A stretch of DNA of 64,000 nt, from positions 7,872,001-7,936,000 of the forward strand of contig OZ244999.1 of assembly GCA_965223265.1 (NCBI GenBank), in the 5' to 3' direction. The first letter of the stretch is position 1. Every line of letters begins with the position of its first letter. Under the pieces are notes generated by a model. It did not search any database and was not told where the DNA came from. It saw nothing but the letters and a program-made list of their open reading frames with translations. This document shows positions 1 to 10,600 of this stretch, piece after piece. The position numbers and the translations under genes are program-made. The stretch comes from Planctomycetota bacterium. Lineage in GTDB: Bacteria > Planctomycetota > UBA8108 > SXIK01.

Positions 1-927
1 CAACGCCATCGACTGTCGAATCAGACCGCGCTCCTTTGGCAGCAGTCCCAGGGCGTCATGAAATCCAACAAGATTCTCGCCCAGCAAGCGGAAGATCTCG
101 CCCAACTCAGTGAACTCAAGAGCCAGTTCGTAGCCAACATGTCGCATGAACTCCGCACACCGCTCAACGCGGTCATCGGTTTCTCCGACTCGCTGCTCCA
201 CACCGACGACGAAGATCGGCTGAACGAGTGGCAGACCGAATACGTCAGTAAGATCAAGCTGAGCGGCGAGCGACTCCTCGCTCTGATCAACGACATCCTC
301 GACCTATCGAAGATCGAGGCAGGCAAAGACGTCGTCCATCCGTGCCACTTCTCCGCGGGCGAGTCCGTCTCGTCGACGGTGTCACTTCTCGAACCGCTGT
401 TCAGTAAAAAACCGAATGTTCGACTTGAGATCACAGTCGCCGACAACCTCGAACCCGTGTACCTCGATCGCGACAAGCTGGGACAAATCGTGACCAACTT
501 GGTCGGTAACGCGTGCAAGTTCACCACTCATGGCGTCGTCTCTGTCGGTGTCCACCAAGCGGAAGGCAAGCTCTACCTCACGGTCACCGACACGGGTATC
601 GGGATCGCGCCGGAGCACCAACGAAGCATCTTCGAGCCTTTTCGACAAGTTGACGGACGGTCGTCCCGTCAGGCCGGCGGCACCGGTCTTGGTCTGGCGC
701 TCGTCAAGCGAGTCGCGGAGCTGATGCAGGGTTCCGTCTCCGTCGAAAGCGCGATCGGTGCTGGCAGCACGTTTCGTGTCGAGCTTCCCGTGAGATTCAG
801 CGAGCCGCCAGAACGCGACGATGCGGCACGCGACGATGCGGCGCGCGGCGATCGTCTCAGCCGAGACCGACACGATCCAGGAGCAGTCACGACAGCGAAG
901 AACCACGAGACATCATGCACCAGCTGA
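1..927 (+). CDS. Sensor histidine kinase (HisKA + HATPase_c), 5'-truncated by the window edge
   Basis: H-box FVANMSHELRTPL, N-box NLVGNACKFT, G1 DTGIGI, G2 GGTGLGL. Frame is open back to position 1. Confidence 0.93.
   Translation, partial: QRHRLSNQTALLWQQSQGVMKSNKILAQQAEDLAQLSELKSQFVANMSHELRTPLNAVIGFSDSLLHTDDEDRLNEWQTEYVSKIKLSGERLLALINDILDLSKIEAGKDVVHPCHFSAGESVSSTVSLLEPLFSKKPNVRLEITVADNLEPVYLDRDKLGQIVTNLVGNACKFTTHGVVSVGVHQAEGKLYLTVTDTGIGIAPEHQRSIFEPFRQVDGRSSRQAGGTGLGLALVKRVAELMQGSVSVESAIGAGSTFRVELPVRFSEPPERDDAARDDAARGDRLSRDRHDPGAVTTAKNHETSCTS
814..852 (+). repeat. 15-bp tandem repeat (about 2.6 copies) in the kinase C-terminal tail
   Basis: cgcgacgatgcggca / cgcgacgatgcggcg / cgcggcgat, encoding RDDAA-RDDAA-RGD. 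Confidence 0.7.
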
Positions 928-2015
928 CGGGAAAAATCTTGGTGGTGGACGACGAGCCTCTCAACGTCGACGTCTTCGCAGCCACATTCCGCAAGTCGTC
1001 ATTAGAGATCCGTGGCGTTCATTCGGGTTCCGAGGCACTGTCGTGCGTCGAGGCGTGGGAGCCTGATCTTTTCGTCCTCGACGTCATGATGCCTGAGATG
1101 GACGGGCTCGAGCTTTGCGACCACCTGCGATGCGATGAGAGGTTTACGACGACTCCGGTCCTGATGCTCACGGCGCGTTCCGACAACGACGACATCGTCC
1201 GAGGATTCGAGGCCGGCGCCGACGACTACGTCACCAAACCGTTTGTACGACAAGTGCTCGTGGCACGAGTTCAGGCGCTGCTGCGCGTGAAACGCAACCA
1301 TGACGCGCTCGTGCGCAGTCAGCGCGATATGGAATCATTCGTCGCCACCGTTTCGCACGATCTCAAATCGCCTCTCGCCTCGCAGATCGGTCTGCTCGAT
1401 GCACTTTCGCAAGACCTAGGAGCGCCAGAAGCTCCCGAGATCCTCGCGCGGCTGACGTCCAACGCGAACTACTGCCTCGAGTTCGTCAAACAGTTGCTGG
1501 AACTCATGTGCGCCCAGCGTCCCCTGGCGGAGCTCCGGCCAGCGACCATTCGTGAGCTTCTCGATTACGCCTACGCTCGACTGGCGACCGATTTCGAAAG
1601 AACGGGTGCAAAGCTCGAGGTCGAGGACGAACCGCTGGAGATTCTCTGCGACCCAAACCGGTTTTCGCAGGTCTTCGAGAATCTCATTCACAACGCTATG
1701 AAGTATGTCGCCGAGGGTGTCGTGCCCCGAGTTTCCGTGTCGTGGAGCGAAGACGGCCACAGCACAACCATTCGAGTTGCGGACAATGGCATCGGGATCG
1801 AACCTACCGACCAGGAGCGCATCTTCGACTCCTTTGTCCGTCTCCATAACCGCGACGCCTACAGCGGCACCGGAATCGGCCTCGATATCGTCAAACGTAT
1901 CGTCGAGGCTCACAGCGGCCGGGTCGAAGTAGAGAGCGAACCGGGCGCAGGATCGACATTCGTTATCACGCTATCCAAGTCGCGGCAACCCGCCGCAGAT
2001 GCACTCACACAATAA
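915..2015 (+). CDS. Hybrid response regulator / histidine kinase (REC-HisKA-HATPase)
   Basis: ILVVDDE..LDVMMP..LTA..KPF receiver, then SHDLKSPL, NAMKY, DNGIGI, GTGIGL. Overlaps the upstream kinase. Confidence 0.94.
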   Translation: MHQLTGKILVVDDEPLNVDVFAATFRKSSLEIRGVHSGSEALSCVEAWEPDLFVLDVMMPEMDGLELCDHLRCDERFTTTPVLMLTARSDNDDIVRGFEAGADDYVTKPFVRQVLVARVQALLRVKRNHDALVRSQRDMESFVATVSHDLKSPLASQIGLLDALSQDLGAPEAPEILARLTSNANYCLEFVKQLLELMCAQRPLAELRPATIRELLDYAYARLATDFERTGAKLEVEDEPLEILCDPNRFSQVFENLIHNAMKYVAEGVVPRVSVSWSEDGHSTTIRVADNGIGIEPTDQERIFDSFVRLHNRDAYSGTGIGLDIVKRIVEAHSGRVEVESEPGAGSTFVITLSKSRQPAADALTQ

Positions 2016-2018
2016 ACG

Positions 2019-3194
2019 ATGACGCAGCCGTACGGGGTGCCACCCCAAAACCCACCGAGAATCCTCGTCGCAAGCGGCGACGCGGCCGCGGCTGGCTCGC
2101 TCGTGTCGTATCTGCGACGTATGGGCTTTGGTGTTGAAACAGCCCTCGACGAGTCCGCGGCTCGCGAGCTTTTGGCGACCACGCCCGAAGCGATCGTCCT
2201 CGACCTCCACCTTCCGGGCGCGGGAGGCGCCGCCGGTTTCGCGCTCCTCGCATGGCTGCGATCGCGTCCAGATCTCTACGGTCTGCCGGTCGTGGTTTAC
2301 CTACCCGACGAGAACCCCGCGACTTTTCAGAAGGCCCTGGAAGCCGGCGCAACGGTCTGTCTGCAGAAGTCGCAGCCGCCCGAGTTCCTCTACGCGCACC
2401 TGACGCGCCTGCTCAACTTTATTCCCCCTCCGCCGCCCCAAAACTACTACGGAGCTCCTGGCTCGATGCCGCCGCCGCAGCAGCAGCCTATGGGCTACCC
2501 GCAGCAGCCGCAGGCCTTCACGCCTCACGCGCCAGCACCTCCAGGCGCCGTTCCCTATCCCTACACGCAGCAGCCGGCTTACCCGACGCCGGCGCCGCCG
2601 CCGCAGTCATGGGGCTATCCTCAGCAGCAGCCGGGACCTTACCCGCCGCAGCAAGGCGCGGGATGGGCGCCGCCACCTCAGCCGCCGCCGCCTGGAATTG
2701 TTACGGGTCCAGCGGCTCTTGGAGTCGAGCCGATGCCCGGGGCGCCACAGACAAGCGACGCCAAGGATGAGCCCGTATCGATTCTGCTCGCTGACGACTC
2801 TCCCGACGAACGCTTCGCCATGGCGGTGCGGCTACGGCGCAAAGGATACACCGTACTCGAGGCGACCGACGGGCGTGAGGCACTGAGTTTGGCGGCCGAT
2901 AAAAAGCCGGACATCATTTTAACCGACGTCCACATGCCGGGAATGACGGGAATCCATCTCGCCCAGCGCGTCCATTCCGATCCGAAACTCAGTAAGATTC
3001 CGGTCTTCCTCATGTCCGGTCTCGCGCAATCGATCTCGAAGATGCAGATCAAGAACGCTAGCGCGACTGGATTCTTCGAGAAACCGCTCGACTTGAACCT
3101 GCTGACGGCGCTGCTGGAAAATGTTCGGCGGCAAAAACCGTCGGGGGGCACGTTTGCCGAAGAGGCGATGAAGAAACTCGACGAGATCTTCTGA
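2019..3194 (+). CDS. Dual-receiver protein with Pro/Gln/Tyr-rich low-complexity linker, no DNA-binding output
   Basis: Atypical N-terminal REC (ILVASGD, LDLHLP, LQKS), about 115-aa PQYG-rich linker, canonical C-terminal REC (LADDS, TDVHMP, MSG, EKP). Confidence 0.85.
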   Translation: MTQPYGVPPQNPPRILVASGDAAAAGSLVSYLRRMGFGVETALDESAARELLATTPEAIVLDLHLPGAGGAAGFALLAWLRSRPDLYGLPVVVYLPDENPATFQKALEAGATVCLQKSQPPEFLYAHLTRLLNFIPPPPPQNYYGAPGSMPPPQQQPMGYPQQPQAFTPHAPAPPGAVPYPYTQQPAYPTPAPPPQSWGYPQQQPGPYPPQQGAGWAPPPQPPPPGIVTGPAALGVEPMPGAPQTSDAKDEPVSILLADDSPDERFAMAVRLRRKGYTVLEATDGREALSLAADKKPDIILTDVHMPGMTGIHLAQRVHSDPKLSKIPVFLMSGLAQSISKMQIKNASATGFFEKPLDLNLLTALLENVRRQKPSGGTFAEEAMKKLDEIF

Positions 3195-3343
3195 CACAGG
3201 GCTCGCGGCGCACACTCTCGAGTGTGCAGCAGGCGGCGACGTTCGTTAGGGAGACTCGGTGGGCCTCGAGGCGGGACGGGAGCCGCGCGTTGGAGCCTGG
3301 AGACGCCGGCGGTACACGCGATCGACGCTAGCCGGTCGGGCTC

Positions 3344-3757
3344 TCAACCGCGCTCGTCGACGGTGTCGGCGGGCGATGCATCCCGGCGCCGATCGTCGTC
3401 GGCGGCGTCCTCAGCAGCATCCTCGCAGGGAACGCCACCACCGCCAGAGACAGCGGGGCTCTCAGCTGCCTCGGCACATTCCGGCGCACTGTCGCCGCAT
3501 GAGTCACCCGCTGCCTCGGAGCTGACGACCGATGCTCCACCACCGTCGACATCCGCTTCGTCCTTGGTCGCCGCGTCACAGGCTTCGCGCTTGCCGTCCT
3601 CGAACTCGTCGGCAAGATCTTTGGCCGCCGCTCGAGCCTTGCTCCAGAGCTCCTCAGCTTTCTCGTCGAGACCTTTCTCGCGCGCCTTTTCGAGCACTTG
3701 TCCAGTCGCCCGCCCGATCCCTTTCGCCAAACGTGAGAACAAGGATTTCTTCGCCAT
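3344..3757 (-). CDS. Hypothetical protein, basic amphipathic N-terminus and acidic disordered tail
   Basis: ATG start with upstream gagatg; MAKKSLFSRLAKGIG helix; fills the gap between neighbouring genes. Confidence 0.65.
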   Translation of the reverse strand: MAKKSLFSRLAKGIGRATGQVLEKAREKGLDEKAEELWSKARAAAKDLADEFEDGKREACDAATKDEADVDGGGASVVSSEAAGDSCGDSAPECAEAAESPAVSGGGGVPCEDAAEDAADDDRRRDASPADTVDERG

Positions 3758-3993
3758 GACCGGTCATCTCACTGTTCCGCCTCGGTCCGCTCGTTCGCTC
3801 AAGGCGAATTGGCCCGAGCAGCGGCGCACACGCGACCAACGAAAGCGTTCGAGGTCTCTACTCATCGTAGCACTTCGTCCGTTGTTCTCCCACCACCGGA
3901 GCGCGCAATGCCTTGACGGGCTCACGCCGAAACGGTCTACTGCCGAGTCAAACCAGCTACACCAACCCCTTGTGAACGATCAGCGAGAAGGCC

Positions 3994-6090
3994 ATGTCCC
4001 GACACGCGTTCAGTCGACTTGAAGCCGACAGGGAGCTACTGCAGAAGGCCCAGCAGAAAGGCACGCTGGCAAGCCTCGGTGCCTACACCAAACTCTCGGG
4101 ACCCGGATGGCTGCAAAGTGCGCTCACCCTCGGCGGCGGCTCCCTGAGCAGTAGCCTCTACCTCGGTGTCCTCGCCGGCTTCTCGCTCCTTTGGCTGCAG
4201 CCGTTTGCGATGATCCTGGGGATCGTCATGCTCAGCGCCATCGGCTACGTCACCATGTCGACGGGCGAGCGACCATTCTATGCCATCCACCACCATGTCA
4301 ATCCAGTGCTCGCATGGGGCTGGGCCCTCGCATCCTTGGTCGCGAACATCGTTTGGGTCATGCCCCAGTACTCGCTGGCGACGGGTGTTTTGCAGCAGAA
4401 TCTCATGCCAGAACTCCTAGGCGGCTTCAACGGCAAGGTCGTGATCGCCGCGAGCATCCTCGTCCTCACGACGGCGATCACCTGGAGCTACGACCGCGGT
4501 GGGCTCGGTGTGCGTCTCTATGAACTCTTCCTGAAACTGATGGTAGCGCTCATCGTGCTTTGCTTCGTGGGGGTCGTGATCACATTGAGCACGTCCGAAG
4601 AGGGTCTTGATTGGGGCCGTGTGTTCGCTGGTTTCGTCCCCAACTTCGGCGCTATCTTCGAACCTGCGGCAACGTTCAAACCCCTCCTCGATTCCACCGG
4701 CGAGTTCTCCGGTTGGTGGAGCGAGCGCATCGTGAATCAGCAGCGCGACGTACTCATCAGCGCCGCTGCCACGGCGGTTGGCATCAACATGACGTTTCTC
4801 TTTCCCTACAGCATTTTGAAGCGCGGCTGGGGCAAAGAGTTTCGTGGCCTGTCGAAGTTCGACCTTTGCACCGGCATGCTGATTCCGTTTCTGCTCGCAA
4901 CGAGCTGCGTGGTGATCGCGTCGGCGACCCAGTTTCATACCGTGGCACAGCCGGGTCTTGCTACGGCCGGCGAGGCGACAGGTCGGCAGCGGGGTGAATA
5001 CCATCGAACGCTGCGCCAGCGCGTGGAGCAAGAGGCCGGCAAGGAACAGCTCGAGCAGGACATCTTGTCGTCAGCGCGGGCGGAGCTGGCCAAAGCAAGT
5101 GAGGCGACGAAAGGTGTCGTCGCAGCCGGCCTGCAGATCGCGTCGAGTGACTTCGCGCAACCAGAGGCGGAGCTTCTGGGTCGCATCAAGTCTCAGCTCG
5201 CAGCATTGACTGCGGACTCAAAAAAACAGTTGAGCACGCAACTCGGCCAGGAGACCATCAAGCGCCTCAGCGACGCCTCGACGGCAATGGACGAAGTGAG
5301 AGGCATGTCGCCGACGTCGATTGCTGCGCTCTCTAAGGCGCTGGATTTACGCGCCGAGACCGTAACACCAGAGGCAACGAGCCGACTCCGCGATCGCATC
5401 ACCAGCCTTGCCGACGATCGACGCTCCGAGCTTTCGTCGGGTCTGGGTGCTGCCCTACTGAGCGACTTCACGGGCGAAGCCTATCTCCACCGCAAACTCG
5501 AATCCCTGCCGCTCGCAGATCGTCAGATCGCGGCGACCCTCGTCAAGCGCGACGCTGGCGACCTCGCCAAGTCCCTGACGCCTCTTCTGGGCAACACGTT
5601 CGGCAACGTCATCTTCGGGATTGGCGTGCTCGCGATGGCGCTCTCGACGATCACACTTCTGATGCTGATCTCGGGCCTCGTGATCTGCGAGATCTTCAAC
5701 CTACCGGCGACCGGCTGGCCCTATCGCCTCGGCTGTTTGGCGGCCGCGACCGGAGTGCTCGGTCCGTTCCTCTGGTCGAAAGCGGCGTTTTGGCTCGCCA
5801 TTCCGACGTCGGTGTTCGGTTTCATTTTGCTGCCGATCGCCTACCTCACGTTTTTCCTGCTCATGAATCAGCGCAGTCTCCTGCGCGAGGAGATGCCAAC
5901 GGGGGGCCGGCGCGTTCTCTGGAACCTCCTCATGGCGATCGCCGCGGGAATCGCGACGCTGGCAAGCATCTACATGATCCACCAGAAGGCCGGCTGGTAC
6001 GGAATCGGTGGGGTGATCGCGTTCGCCGCGGCGGCGCTGGTGGTCCACATAGCGCGCGGCGGTCATTCCACGGATGCTCGTCCGGGCTAA
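3994..6090 (+). CDS. NRAMP-like (APC superfamily) transporter with large soluble insertion
   Basis: About 11 hydrophobic segments, GPGWLQSALTLGGGS TM1 motif, LAKSLTPLLG and GVLAMALSTIT in later TMs; about 200-aa helical insert. Confidence 0.8.
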   Translation: MSRHAFSRLEADRELLQKAQQKGTLASLGAYTKLSGPGWLQSALTLGGGSLSSSLYLGVLAGFSLLWLQPFAMILGIVMLSAIGYVTMSTGERPFYAIHHHVNPVLAWGWALASLVANIVWVMPQYSLATGVLQQNLMPELLGGFNGKVVIAASILVLTTAITWSYDRGGLGVRLYELFLKLMVALIVLCFVGVVITLSTSEEGLDWGRVFAGFVPNFGAIFEPAATFKPLLDSTGEFSGWWSERIVNQQRDVLISAAATAVGINMTFLFPYSILKRGWGKEFRGLSKFDLCTGMLIPFLLATSCVVIASATQFHTVAQPGLATAGEATGRQRGEYHRTLRQRVEQEAGKEQLEQDILSSARAELAKASEATKGVVAAGLQIASSDFAQPEAELLGRIKSQLAALTADSKKQLSTQLGQETIKRLSDASTAMDEVRGMSPTSIAALSKALDLRAETVTPEATSRLRDRITSLADDRRSELSSGLGAALLSDFTGEAYLHRKLESLPLADRQIAATLVKRDAGDLAKSLTPLLGNTFGNVIFGIGVLAMALSTITLLMLISGLVICEIFNLPATGWPYRLGCLAAATGVLGPFLWSKAAFWLAIPTSVFGFILLPIAYLTFFLLMNQRSLLREEMPTGGRRVLWNLLMAIAAGIATLASIYMIHQKAGWYGIGGVIAFAAAALVVHIARGGHSTDARPG

Positions 6091-6211
6091 CAGCCGTCTG
6101 GGAGTTCGATTCGTCGCGAATCGTCGGCCCGAAAGCGAACGAGCGTTTCGTCAGCTCGCGCGCGACGACGATCCCCACGGCCTCTCAGCGTTGTCGCGAG
6201 CTACGCCTAGC

Positions 6212-7522
6212 CTAGCGGGGTGAAGCATGTTCAGCGCGCGCCAAGAGCCCGCTAGCAGCTGGGTCGTCGATGAACTTCTCGGCGCGCCAATCCCAACGCA
6301 GCTCCCTGCCGAGGTCGAGCGCGATGTTCGCCAACTGACACAAGCTCGTCGTGCGATGGCCGATCTCCACATCCGCAATCGGCCGCTCGCGCGAACGGAC
6401 GCAGTCGAGAAAATTCTGAAAGTGCCCAGGGCTCGGCGGTAGATCCTCCTCACGAGCGGCCGACGGTAGATCGGCCTTCTGACCGTCGACAAAGAACTCG
6501 TAGTCGTGAAACCAAGTCTTCAGGACACCGGCTTCGCCGTAGAAGTTCATGCCGTAGTTGCGGTCGGCCGCAATGTCGCCGCCCTCCGAGGGCTGCGTCC
6601 AAGTCATGGCGAAATCCGGATCGGAGAACTGCCAGCGCGCTTCCATCGACTTTGGGAAGTCGTAGAGGTTTTCCTGTTCGTATTCGCCTTCGGCGGCGAC
6701 CGCGTCCGGGCCTTTGGTGTCGATGTCCATGGCATGTGTGACGACGTTGAGCATGTGGACGCCCCAGTCGGTCATGTAGCCGCCGGCATAGTCACGGCAC
6801 CAGCGGAACTTGAAATGGACGCGCTCAGGGTGATACGGCACGACAGGCGCTGGTCCCAACCAGGTCGCGAAATCGAGGTGCGCCGGCGGCTCGATCGGCG
6901 GTGTGCGCGGCTTGAACGGATTCTCCCACATCCAACTCTTGACCGTGTGGACCTTGCCGATGCGCCCGGACCGCACGATGCGGGTGATCTCGTGCATTTT
7001 TGGATGGGAGCGATGATGGATACCGACTTGGACCACCCGATCGTGTTTTCGCGCCGCCGCAACCATGTCTCGCCCCTCGCTGAGAAACGTGCACAGCGGT
7101 TTTTCGACGTAGACGTCCTTGCCTGCCGCGCAAGCAGCAGTGGCGATCGCAGCGTGCCAATGGTCAGGCGTGGCGATGACGATAGCGTCGACATCCTTGA
7201 GGTCCAGCAGCCGGCGATAATCAGCCGTGGCAAGCGCGCCACGCCAACACAGGGCGTGGGCCTTATGAAGGCGCTGCTGGTCGACGTCGCACACCGCCAC
7301 CACTTCGCTCCCTGCATTGCGCTGCGTCTGGCGCAGCAAGCTCGTGCCGCGACCGCCAACACCGACGTGCGCAACGAGGACTCGCTCGCTTGGCGGCGGG
7401 TTGATCGTCATGGCTTTCAACGCACGACACGGAACCGCGCCGGTGGTGGGTATAGCGAAAAACGCGGTGGCACCAAGACTGCGCTTGAGAAAGCCGCGGC
7501 GACTCGTTCTCCTGTGTTCCAT
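6212..7522 (-). CDS. Tat-exported Gfo/Idh/MocA family oxidoreductase
   Basis: SRRGFLK Tat motif, GVGGRG, ATPDHWH, YVEKP, DWGVHM. Confidence 0.92.
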   Translation of the reverse strand: MEHRRTSRRGFLKRSLGATAFFAIPTTGAVPCRALKAMTINPPPSERVLVAHVGVGGRGTSLLRQTQRNAGSEVVAVCDVDQQRLHKAHALCWRGALATADYRRLLDLKDVDAIVIATPDHWHAAIATAACAAGKDVYVEKPLCTFLSEGRDMVAAARKHDRVVQVGIHHRSHPKMHEITRIVRSGRIGKVHTVKSWMWENPFKPRTPPIEPPAHLDFATWLGPAPVVPYHPERVHFKFRWCRDYAGGYMTDWGVHMLNVVTHAMDIDTKGPDAVAAEGEYEQENLYDFPKSMEARWQFSDPDFAMTWTQPSEGGDIAADRNYGMNFYGEAGVLKTWFHDYEFFVDGQKADLPSAAREEDLPPSPGHFQNFLDCVRSRERPIADVEIGHRTTSLCQLANIALDLGRELRWDWRAEKFIDDPAASGLLARAEHASPR

Positions 7523-7652
7523 GTCTCTCCCTGATTTGACGAGATCTAACGCTAATGAATCGCTCGCGAAAACTGCCTGCGAAGAATCCGCTGCTCTTCG
7601 AACGCGCTCATTCTACCAAGAGCCCCGCGCCGGTTAGCGTCGAAAAGAAACC

Positions 7653-10600
7653 TTGGCCTTGAATCCTCCGACCCTGCACCGCATTTGGCACGCCGCGATC
7701 GACACAGGAGGCACGTTCACCGACTGCATCGCGATCGACCCGCACGGCCGCTTGCACCGCGTCAAGGTGCTTTCCTCGAGCGCCGTTCGCGGCGTCATCG
7801 AACGACACCTCGCTTCGACGGCGTTGCAGATTCATCCCGACGCCATTTTCGCGACGGCCTCCAGCGCCAGGGAGCAGAGAAGTGACGGCGTCGTTGGCCT
7901 GGGCTTCCAGGCGCTGGGACTCGAACACCCGCCGGTGACGGTCGAGTCTTTCGACGCTGCGTCAGGTCGGCTGACCCTGAGCGATGCGATTGCCGAGTTG
8001 CCAGCGGGCGCGACCTTCGAGCTGGTGTCGCCGGAAGAAGCGCCGCTCTTGGCGCTGCGCCTGGCGACAGGAACCGCGCTCGATCGCGAGCTGCCGCCGT
8101 GCGCGCTCCGCGTTGCCACCACCCGTGGCACGAACACTCTTCTTGAACGCCGCGGCGCCAAGGTCGCCCTCTTCGTGACGCGCGGCTTCGCCGACCTTCT
8201 CGAGATCGGCACGCAGCAGCGGCCCGATCTCTTCGCACTCGACATCGAGAAACGACGCAGTTTGGCGGCGACCGTCATCGAAGTGGACGAACGCGTCGCG
8301 GCCGACGGCGAAGTGATTGAGACGTTGGCTGCGGATCAGCTCACGCCGCGGCTCAGTGATCTCGTCGCGGGCGGCTACGACAGCGCCGCCATTGCCTTCC
8401 TCAACAGCTACCGCGCGCCAGAGCACGAGCTGCAGCTCGCACGGATGCTTGAGTCCGCGGGGTTTCGGCACGTATCGGCATCTGCGCGGCTCGCACCTTC
8501 GATCAAGATCTTGCCGCGCGCCGAGACCAGTGTCGTCAACGCCTACCTCGGTGAAGTCGTCAGCACCTACCTGAATGGCATCGGAAAAGCGGTGGATCGC
8601 GACAGACTGCACGTCATGACGAGTGCGGGCGGGCTCGTCAAGGCCAGCGAGTACGAGCCGAAGGACAGCCTGCTGAGCGGCCCAGCCGGCGGCGTCGCGG
8701 GCGCCGCGAGTGTCGGTTCTGTGAGTGGATTCGATCGTGTCATCAGCTTTGATATGGGAGGCACTAGCACGGACGTCGCCCGTTACGACGGCGAGTTCGA
8801 ATACGTCTTCGAGCACCGCGTCGGCGACGCACACCTGATGGCACCGGCGCTGGCCATCGAAAGCGTCGCTGCTGGAGGAGGCTCGATTTGCCGCTGCGAG
8901 CACGGGCGTCTTCACGTCGGTCCGGAAAGCGCTCGCGCCGACCCAGGACCTGCCTGCTACGGCCGCGGCGGTCCGCTGACGATCACGGACGTGAACCTGC
9001 TTTCCGGTCGCCTCGATCCGGCGCGGTTTCGCATCCCGGTGGACGTCGGGGCCGCAAAGCACGCACTGGCCGGAGTGCGCGAGACGCTCGCACGGCAGAC
9101 GGGTGAAAGTCCCACCGACGAGACTCTTCTCGACGGCTTCCTCGACATCGCGAACGAGCGCATGGCCGACGCCATTCGCGCCGTGTCGCTCGGGCGTGGA
9201 TACGATCCCGCCGACTACGCACTCGTCGCCTTCGGCGGCGCTGGCGGGCAGCATGCCTGCGCCATCGCCTCGCGGCTGGCGATCACGCACATCGTTGTGC
9301 CAGCGGACGCGGGCCTCCTGAGTGCCAGTGGGATTCTCAGCGCGGCGATCGAACGTTTCGCTGAACGAACGGTGCTCGAGGCGCTCGACCAAGTCGATGA
9401 GCGCCTCGCGACGCTGCTCCGCGAGTTAGAGTCGGAGGCTTTTCGAGCCATCGCTGCGGAGGGCTCAGACGCGCGAAAGGCGCGGGTGCGGCGACGGATC
9501 GCACACCTTCGTTTTCTCGGTCAGGACGAGGCGCTCGCGGTCGAGCTCGGCGCCGAAGTAGCACCGCCTCGTGAGAAGCAGGCGGAGGCTGAAGCTGAGG
9601 GTGAGGCTGACGCTAAGAGTGACACCGACGCTGGGTCATCGCCTGAACAAGGATCGCGCGGAGACAGCGAACGTTCGAGCCACAGGGTCGAGGGTGGAAG
9701 ATCGAGCAGCGGCGCGGGGCTTCGTGCCGAGTTTCTTCGGGCTTACAAGCAGCGCTTTGGGCACCTGCCGGAACAACTTGAGATCGAGCTCGTCTCACTG
9801 CGCGTTGTCGTCGCCACGGATGCCAGTGCGCAGGTGTCGGCGGCGCCTCCGAGGGAGTCGAACGCGAACGCGCCGACCGAATCGCCCAAGCCGCAGGCCA
9901 GAGTGCGTGCACGCTGCGACAGATCGTGGCAGGGAATCGGTGTTTTTGAGCGCCAGCCATTGGCACCGGGCACGGTGTTGCGCGGACCCTGTCTCGTCGT
10001 CGACGACTTCAGTACGACACTCATCGAGGCGGCGTGGTCCGCACGCGTTGACGCGCACGGTTCGCTCCTTCTGACGCGGCCGACGGATTGCGCCCAGCAG
10101 GCTCTCGGCGCGACCACGTTCGAGTCGACGTCTGAAGCGGTCCTCCTCGAGCTCTTCACCAACCGCTTCGCGGCCATCGCCGAGGAGATGGGCGAGATGC
10201 TGCGCCGCACGTCGCTGTCGACAAACGTCAAGGAGCGCCTCGACTACTCGTGCGCCGTGCTCGATGCCGACGGCGAGCTCGTCGTCAACGCGCCGCACAT
10301 TCCCGTCCACCTCGGCGCTCTCGGTCTCTGCGTGCGGACGCTCCGCGACCATTTGGAGATGCGGCCGGGAGACATCGTCGTCACGAACCACCCTGCCTAC
10401 GGCGGTTCGCACCTACCGGACATTACGGTCGTGGCGCCGGTTTACGCGCCAAGCTCTCAGGCGGGGTCTCCGGAACGAGAAGACCACGTGCTCGTCGGGT
10501 ACGTCGCCAGTCGTGCCCACCATGCGGAGATCGGCGGCATCCGCCCGGGCTCCATGCCGCCAGATGCGACGCGCCTACAGGAAGAGGGCGTCGTGATCCC

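Noticed and set aside
6207-6215. ctagcctag as a possible MITE excision footprint (also at 12482-12490)
   Set aside because: Too short, and it overlaps a stop codon.
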